64,000 bases of DNA, from the NCBI GenBank assembly GCA_951406725.2, contig OX597817.1, positions 172,918,001-172,982,000 on the forward strand, read 5' to 3'. Position numbers and translations under genes: made by a program. Shown one piece after another: positions 56,616-64,000 of this stretch (the stretch's first letter is position 1; every line of letters starts with the position of its first letter). The DNA comes from Octopus vulgaris. Its lineage: Eukaryota. The notes beneath the pieces were generated by a model. That model searched no databases. It saw only the letters and a list, made by a program, of their open reading frames with translations, and was not told the origin of the DNA.

Positions 56616-57114
56616 TTTGGTAGGAGGAAACTGATGGACTTCTTTCCGTCTACTAAATCCATTCTCAAGGCTTTGATTGGCTCGAGACTATAATAAGAAG
56701 CATTTGCTTAAGATGCCATGCAATTGGACTGAACCCGGAACCATGTGGTTGAGAAGTAAATTTCTTACCACACAGCCACGCCTAACAGTCATCTTTTAAA
56801 TATTTGTATTGTAAAGGTTTAGTCTAGATAAGGGTCTGCAATATCAAATTCATCTCACTTCACAGCAATAGAACTTCACTGGACTTTTCTGTGGATTGTC
56901 TGTTGTCAACGCAGACTATAACCAAAGTCCCGAGATTCTGTATCCAACGAATCGAATTTTTTTTTAATCTTTTAAGATGGTAGAGAGTAATTTGGCTGTT
57001 ATTTCTAGCAAGCTAAACTTGACTCAATTTTATATTAACAGTGATAGTGGATTATAGGCGTTTAATTAGAATTAATGAGAAACGAAAGTTGTTTAAATAT
57101 AATAATATTCACAA

Positions 57115-57656
57115 TAATAACAAATACGATGATGAAGTTGAGGGGATTTTCCCTTTCAAACGGATCTTTATGGGATTTTCCTATTCAAACGGATAAAACG
57201 CTAGAAAATAGCAATAATAGACTAGGAAAAGCTAAGTTGGTTACTAATTGATCCATCATGTCCGTTTGATTCCTTATGGAATTTACGGAGGTAGCGGGTT
57301 ACTACCCGTAACCTTTAGGTATACACAAGCTTTCAATAGTTTTTCAAATGCTGATAATCTTTCCAGTCACTAAGAGGAAAACTTTCAGTGGAAGCTCTAC
57401 AGAACATTCTGTTCCAATCTCTTTCAACCATTTACTCTTTACTCTCTTTTACTCTTTTACTTGTTTCAGTCATTTGACTGCGGCCATGCTGGAGCACCGC
57501 CTTTAGTCGAGCAACTCGACCCCGGGACTTATTCTTTTGTAAGCCCAGTACTTATTCTATCGGTCTCTTTTGCCGAACCGCTAAGTAACGGGGACATAAA
57601 CACACCAGCATCGGTTGTCAAGCAATACTAGGGGGACAAACACAGACACACAAACA

Positions 57657-57712
<56 letters not shown>

Positions 57713-58160
57713 TACGACGGGCTTCTTTCAGTTTCCGTTTACCAAATCCATTCACAAGGCTTTGGTCGACCCGAGGCTATAGTAGAAGACACTTGCCCAA
57801 GGTGCCACGCAGTAGGACTGAACCCGGAACCATGTGGTTGGTAGACAAGCTACTTACCACACAGCCACTCCTGCGCCTATATTTCTTGTCTATATTTCTA
57901 TTCCCAATTCTCAACACACCAGTTATTACAAGCACAACTTGTACAGTTTTCATACTCCAAATTTTTGCAATTTCAAATTTTACAGGATTGTAACTTTTAA
58001 ATTTTTCATCCGCTTTCTTTACAATCCTGGAATCAAACGGACATGACGGCTCAATTAGTAACCAACTTCACTTTTCCTTGTCTATTATTGTTATTTTCTA
58101 GCTTTTTATCCGTTTGAATGGAAAAATCCCCCCAAAATCATCATCGTCATTATTATTATG
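57115..58160. repeat. Long-TIR fold-back element (arms about 57115-57273 and 58029-58160) with a SINE inserted in its spacer
   Basis: ttcaaacggataaaacgctagaaaatagcaataatagac...catgtccgtttgattcc is mirrored by ggaatcaaacggacatga...gtctattattgttattttctagctttttatccgtttgaa. Confidence 0.8.
57432..57878 (-). mobile_element. Full-length copy of the dominant tRNA-derived SINE; other copies near 24160, 24570, 27335, 29395, 30645, 37467, 42370-43160, 44820-45270, 47462, 48320, 48905, 54095, 54545, 56640, 60605, 63652
   Basis: Head ggcgcaggagtggctgtgtggtaag...gggttcagtcc (A/B boxes), internal (TA)/(TG) tract, and tail (AGTAAAAG)n. Confidence 0.92.
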
Positions 58161-58214
58161 GTTACTATTATTATATGAAAACTCACAGCTTATTTACTGA
58201 GTATAATGGAAAGT

Positions 58215-58922
58215 GTCAGCTGTCCACAACCAGGGACTAAGGTGACACTGGTCATGCTTCAAGAACCCTGCAAAGAATTCTTGCAGTTCCAAGCAATGCT
58301 GATTTTTGTAGGTGTTCTACCTTTACACTTGTACCAATCATATTGAGCCATGTTGGTAGTTGAGTACTGATACTTCCAAGTGCACCAATTACTATTGGTA
58401 CCACTTCTACTCTCCTCATTGACCACAACCTTCGTATTTTCCACTTCAAATCGTCATAGTTGTTTATTTTTTCTCCTTTCACATCGATCTTGTTGTTACC
58501 GGGGCATGTTATATCGATTATCACACATATTCTTTCTTTTTTTTTTCTTTCACCACAACAAAGTTCGGTTTCTGATGTCTGGTCCCCAAGCTTTTCCCGT
58601 AAGATGTCAGCTCAGTTTTCCACCCCACCATACACGTCACATTCCTCGCAATTCCAAACAGATCTAAGCACTCAATAATCCACGAATGTGGAATCAAATC
58701 ATAAACTTTGCGATAGTCAATTCAGATCATTCCCACATTTCTTCTCCTTTTTGTCAACATTACCATTTTGTCTATCAATAGTTGATCTTTGGTATCTCCT
58801 TTTACAGTTTTTTTCTTCCGTCGGTAATATATCGTTCTCATCAAGAAATTAACACAGTTCTTCTGCAATTCCTCCGGACAGTAACTTCCATGGGAGACAG
58901 GAAGTTGGTCTGTAATTGACAA
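58215..58922 (-). mobile_element. Internally deleted R4/Dong-like non-LTR element (RT piece plus restriction-like endonuclease)
   Basis: TKDQLLIDKMV (RT) at 58722-58922 lies almost next to the endonuclease segment PDI...IIDITCPG..EKINNYDDLK...VVPIVIGALG...LQKSALLGTARIL. Confidence 0.8.
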
Positions 58923-58923
58923 C

Positions 58924-59270
58924 TTCTTCTTCTTCTGCCTTTAACCCTCCAACACGGAGTATAGGCCACTTATAATTGAATTCCATGTCGCATAATTTTT
59001 GGCTTCTGTACTAATACTCAGCCATGAATATCCCCCTTTCTCTAGTTCCTTTTGTGTTGATCTACGCCACGAGTTCTTAGGCTTACCTCTCTTTCTATAT
59101 CCATCCGGATTCCACTGCAAAGCACTTTTCGTTACATTTGCTGTGTCTTTTCTAATTCTGCTACCAATCCACTTCCACTTTTTCTTAAATATTTGCTCCC
59201 TAATCGAAACTTCGTTTGTTCTTTGCCATAGCTCCATATTGCTTATGTGTTGGGGGCCATCTAATTTTAA
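58924..59270 (-). mobile_element. RTE LINE 3' fragment of a different family, with (GAA)n tail
   Basis: ISNMELWQRT...WKWIG..RK....KSALQWNPDGYRKRGKPKNSWRRS. Confidence 0.85.
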
Positions 59271-59561
59271 GTATACTACGCAAGCATCTGTTGATGAATG
59301 ATTGTATTTGCTTATTTGACTTAACTGATGTAATTGACAACAGCATTTCCTTTTGATGCATCCTTCAGGTACAACACCGTTCGTCCTCATTGTTATCTTG
59401 AATTTTACAAGAACCTTTCTATCGGACAAAACCCTTTGTAATTTTCGTCCTGTATTTTATCCTTACATCTTTCTTTGATTTTTGTTAGCCCTTGTGGCCA
59501 ATAAACCAGAATTAATTATTATTATTATTATTAATATATTATTATTTTATCTGAAACTGAG

Positions 59562-59614
<53 letters not shown>

Positions 59615-59907
59615 TGAGAGAGAGAGAAAGAGACAAAGGGAGTGGGAAAAACATCCAATGAGTTATTTCAACGAGAAGTAGAGCATCCGATTGAAGAGGA
59701 TGTCCAGCTGACAGGTATAAGCAAGAGTCCAGAGAGGATGAAGGGAGTGAGCAGTTACACACACACAGACACGCGTGCATACACACACACACAAACACAC
59801 AAGTAAAAAAACAGATAATAAATGTACAAACAAAGGGAAAACAGACACAGGTCACCAACTGGTCATCACTTATCGGCCAGAAGGTCAAACACAATTTCGC
59901 GCCTTAC

Positions 59908-59928
59908 ATTAATATTGTTTCCTTCTTT
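59908..59928 (-). CDS. Candidate 21-nt microexon AAAGAAGGAAACAATATTAAT (KKETIL in phase 2, KEGNNIN in phase 0)
   Basis: Acceptor cttcttcttgttgttgttgctggcgccaccag with UGC about 15 nt upstream, and donor AAT|gtaagg. Flanks are non-repetitive and pyrimidine-rich. Confidence 0.5.
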
Positions 59929-60187
59929 CTGGTGGCGCCAGCAACAACAACAAGAAGAAGCAGCCGGGAAATTGGACGAAAACGTAACAGAAGGAGAAGG
60001 AACAAACAGGAAATGGATAAATATGCAACAGAGAGAAGTGGACACACGGACATGAATGGATGCGATACAAGACGAGCCCGTAAGTGGACGGCCGAGGGTT
60101 AAAGAGGAAATGAATAAACAGAATACGGCCTTAGGGTCAGACAGAGACGAAAGTAGGGTTAACGCTAAAAGGAAAATCCTAAAGGAT

Positions 60188-60223
<36 letters not shown>

Positions 60224-60859
60224 AACGGAGGCGCAATGGCTCAGTGGTTAGGGCAGCGGACTCGCGGTCGTAGGATCACGGTTTCGATTCCCAGACCGGG
60301 CGTTGTGAGTGTTTATTGAGTGAAAACACCTAAAAGCTCCACGAGGCTCCGGCAGGGGATGGTGATGATCCCTGCTGTACTCTTTCACCACAACTTTCTC
60401 TCATTCTTACGGCCTTGTCACTCTCTGTGTCACGCTGAATATCCCCGAGAACTACGTTAAGGGTGCACGTGTCTGTGGAGTACTCAGCCACTTACACGTT
60501 AATTTCACGAGCAGGCTGTTCCATTGATTCGGATCAACCGGAACCCTCGTCGTTGTAACCGACGGAGTGCTTCCTCCTGTGTTTGCACACACACACACAC
60601 ACATGGCGCAGCGTGGCTGTGTGGTAAGTAGCTTACTTCCGAACTACATTGATCCGGGTTCAATCCCACTCCATGGCGCCTTCGACAAGTGTCTTCTACT
60701 ATAGCCTTATGCCAACCAAAGCTTTGTGAGTGTATTTGGTAGACGGAAACTGAAAGAAGTTTCGTCGTATGAAAGAATAAAACAATTCCAGTAACGTTTC
60801 AAAATATTGAAATATCACCAAAGTTGTTTCCTGTTATTCTTTCAATAATGATTCGCTCT

Positions 60860-61690
60860 GTTCATTCGTTGTCGCCTATTTCGAAATGTATGCAATTTAT
60901 AGAGACCGAAATCACAGGAGTCACCAGGGAGCCACACACAACAGCTTACTGTGCGATGCCAAGACTCAAGCAAGCACAGATTTATAAGTTTAAGCACTTG
61001 GGCTTCATTATTGATCAAACAGTAGACTGCAGAAAGAAAATCAGAGCCAGACTTTGGTGCTGGAATATCAGCGTTAAGCTCACGCAATGCAATGAGAAGA
61101 GACTGTGTCCTCAACAAAACATGAAGCTGAGGCTTTTAAAAACCCTGATCTAGTCGATATGGATGTGAAACATGGACCCTAAGGATATATTTCTTTATTG
61201 CCCACAAGGGGCTAAACATAGAGGGGACAGACAAAGGGATTAAGTCGATTATATTGACCCAGTGCGTAACTGGTACTTAATTTATCGACCCCGAAAGGAT
61301 GAAAGGCAAAGTCGACCTCGGCGGAATTTGAACTCACAACGTAACGGCAGACGAAATACTGCTAAGCATTTCGACCGGCGTGCTAACGTTTCTGCCAGCT
61401 CGCCGCCTTTAAGGATAGCTGACATCGAGCAACTAAGGGCGTTCGAGATTACGTACTACAAGCGAGCACTAATCAGTTGAGTGACCTGTGGAATAAACGA
61501 TCCAATTCCGGAAGAGAGGCGAGAGAAACTATAGTCGTTGACAATGGTTATGCGACAAAAACTGCAATATTTTGGACATGTTGTCAGGTTTTGGAACCTC
61601 TGTGTCCACGTTTACGGGAAAGATGAAAATGGAGCAATGACTTAAAGGAAATAAGCGAGGAGGACTCTGGAGTGTACAGCTGCAGCACGA
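60860..61690 (+). mobile_element. Decayed RTE LINE fragment
   Basis: FKHLGFII...DCRKKIRARL, YGCETW and LQYFGHV motifs. Confidence 0.7.
61188..61409 (-). mobile_element. SINE with Nin/Deu-like domain inserted in the RTE fragment
   Basis: TSD taaggata at 61180-61187 and 61410-61417. tRNA-like head followed by ggtcgactttgcctttcatcctttcggggtcgataaattaagtacc. Confidence 0.88.
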
Positions 61691-64000
61691 GACTACTGTG
61701 TGGTGAAGAGTTGTGGTTGTGAGCGAGGTACCGGATTCTCAGTCATAAGGATGGGCACATATATTCATTCATTCATTTACACACGTGCACGAACACACGC
61801 ACGCACACACACACAAACACACGGTGTATGTGTGGTAGCGTGCGTGTCTACGTATTTATCCTCAATAGATCCTCTTAGCGATTTTTGGTACTTCTTCGGA
61901 ATCCACCCCCATAAAAAAAAACTCACAACAATTAAATAAATAAAGCAAAAAGGTATTGTTTCACAAGTCAGTAAAATATTTTAAAGAAAGGCGACGCATT
62001 TATTTTTGACTACTTGTATATAATGTAAAAAAAAAATGCCCGTCAGTGTCTGAAAACTATTTCTTTTCAAACGTTTCACTTTTGCGTCTTAATTAGACAT
62101 GAAAAAATCTATTACTGTTGAAGTGGCTTTGATTAAATCTTATTTCAAATCATTTATTTATTTTACTTTTCACGCGGTTCCTTTGTAACTTAATCCATGG
62201 CAGACAATGTGAGGAGACTTGAGTCAATTATACACATTGCAAATATCAGAAAGGATGGCGAAGGAGAAAGAGGTTAGGGGATGGAAAAGGGGACTTGCTG
62301 AGGAGCGAAAGAAGACGAAAGAAAAACACGTACGTGACTCCTATCTATTACAGGGTACCGTCTGGGAAATAACCAAGTATTGGATTTAGAGAGCGTGTAA
62401 CAAAACAAGTTTTGTTTTGTTTTGTTTGTAGTGGTCCAGTGTAAATGCAGAGCTCCCAGACAGGCATTGTCATACGAATGTTATACGATATTTGCGGGCG
62501 TTTAGACATTTCTATATTGCTGGTAAATGTTACTAGGTGAAGGTATGGAACATGCAAACGTTCTTTTGCGTCACGTGTAAAAGTAAATCGATAATATAGT
62601 AATTATAAATATGTTTTAATTTAGAAGGAAAAGAGCACGAATAACATGAAAGAAAAGAAACAATGGTGATATTTTCGAGGCTGACCTCAATCAATTTATC
62701 ATTCATAGTTCTTGTAATGTTGCCAAGTATATGTATCCCTTGACAATATTTTATAATATCAATGATTATTATATATCATTACTATAATCAAACACTATAT
62801 TGATGATTAAAATATAACTCCTTGTTTCAAATATTATAAACTTTTTAATCCTTTCGCTTTTGGGAATTTTAATTTATTCTTAAATCTTGGAGTGAAAATT
62901 TTTTTTTTTAATCTGGTTTACAGTCACCAAGGGTAAGTAACTCGTGCTAAATACATAGAGTTGTCTCCTTCTGCGATAAACTCGTCTCAAACCTGTTTCT
63001 TTCTTATTTAATTTTTTATAAAGCTTACGTTTATATTAGTTAATTTTCCAGTTTGTGTGTCTTTTTGTAATATCCAGTTAACCCTGAAGACAAACGTTCA
63101 AAGTTGGGTTCTCAGCTCTTCAGCGGTGAAAAGTTCACCCCCAACCCCGCCATACACATACTTTATTCTTAATATTGAACATAAAAGTAATTGGATTGGT
63201 AGTACCGCAAGCATGCCAGTCAAAATGCTTTGCTGTATTTGTTCTCGCTTTTTACTTACTGAATTACCTGTCGAGGTCAGCTTTGCTTTTCAACCCTCCA
63301 GGGTCGATAAAATAAAGTACCAATCAAATAACAGGGGTGATTTAATCGACAATCCCTTCCCCGAAATTGCTGGCCTTTCTAAATTAGAAACAATATTTAC
63401 ACTAGGACCAGACTAATTACATTTAGAGCTCATTATCAGTTCAACCAAAACACTGCTCACTTGAGGGGTAAACACTGCACAACGAAGCAATTATACAAAG
63501 AAGTCCAGATTTTACCAGACACTATCACAGAAGGAAGCGACACTAAAAATGCAAACAAATGCCACGACAAGAAAACCCACGTAGAATTCTTGATATAATA
63601 AGAAATGATAATTCATGGGAAAAACAATGAATTTTTTAGAGAAAGATATATAGGAGCAGGCATGGCTGTGTGGTTAAAAAACTCATTTGGTGACCACGTG
63701 GTTTCGAGTTCTGTCCCTGTGTGTGGCTCCTTAGGCAAGCGTTTTCTGATATATCCCCAGACTAACCGATGCCTTGAGAGTGAATTTGGTAGGTGGGAAT
63801 TGTGTAGAAGACCATCGTAAGGGGGTGGGTGGGTGTTTGTACCCCAAACCCCTAACACTTAGTAACTGGTCTTAGTTTGTTTACGTCCAAGTAACTTGGT
63901 GGCTCAGTGAAAAAGATCAATAGAATAAATTCCAGACTTAAAAAAAAAAAAGAACTGCGGTTGATTTGTTTGACTAAAAACCCTTCTAGGTGGTGCTCCA

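Overview
AT-rich eukaryotic DNA dominated by microsatellites and transposons. The SINE and LINE families point to a coleoid cephalopod, most likely Octopus (inference). There is no long intact host ORF: nearly all ORF-track entries are (TA)n/(ATT)n/(TAGA)n artefacts or decayed transposon pieces. Host-gene signals are all on the minus strand. One is a well-supported first coding exon (14104-14232, MASGQDRLEEV...) with an upstream non-coding exon and promoter at about 14.45-14.6 kb. The other is the probable 3' end of a second, unidentified large gene, seen as widely spaced 16-33 nt candidate microexons (59.9, 31.8, 30.1, 28.2 kb) and candidate terminal exons (28.1, 17.5 kb). Mobile DNA includes RTE, CR1-like and R4-like LINE remnants, Penelope-like GIY-YIG remnants, mariner and pogo/Tigger fossils, a Helitron, several MITEs and many tRNA-derived SINEs. 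The most notable hidden layer is a set of nine type I hammerhead-ribozyme-like motifs from about seven different sequence families. Most have a very short palindromic stem III, as in the dimer-dependent hammerheads of Penelope-like elements and retrozymes, and one family is fused to a tRNA-derived SINE head. All structures were read by eye, and repeat boundaries are approximate unless a TSD or TIR is quoted.
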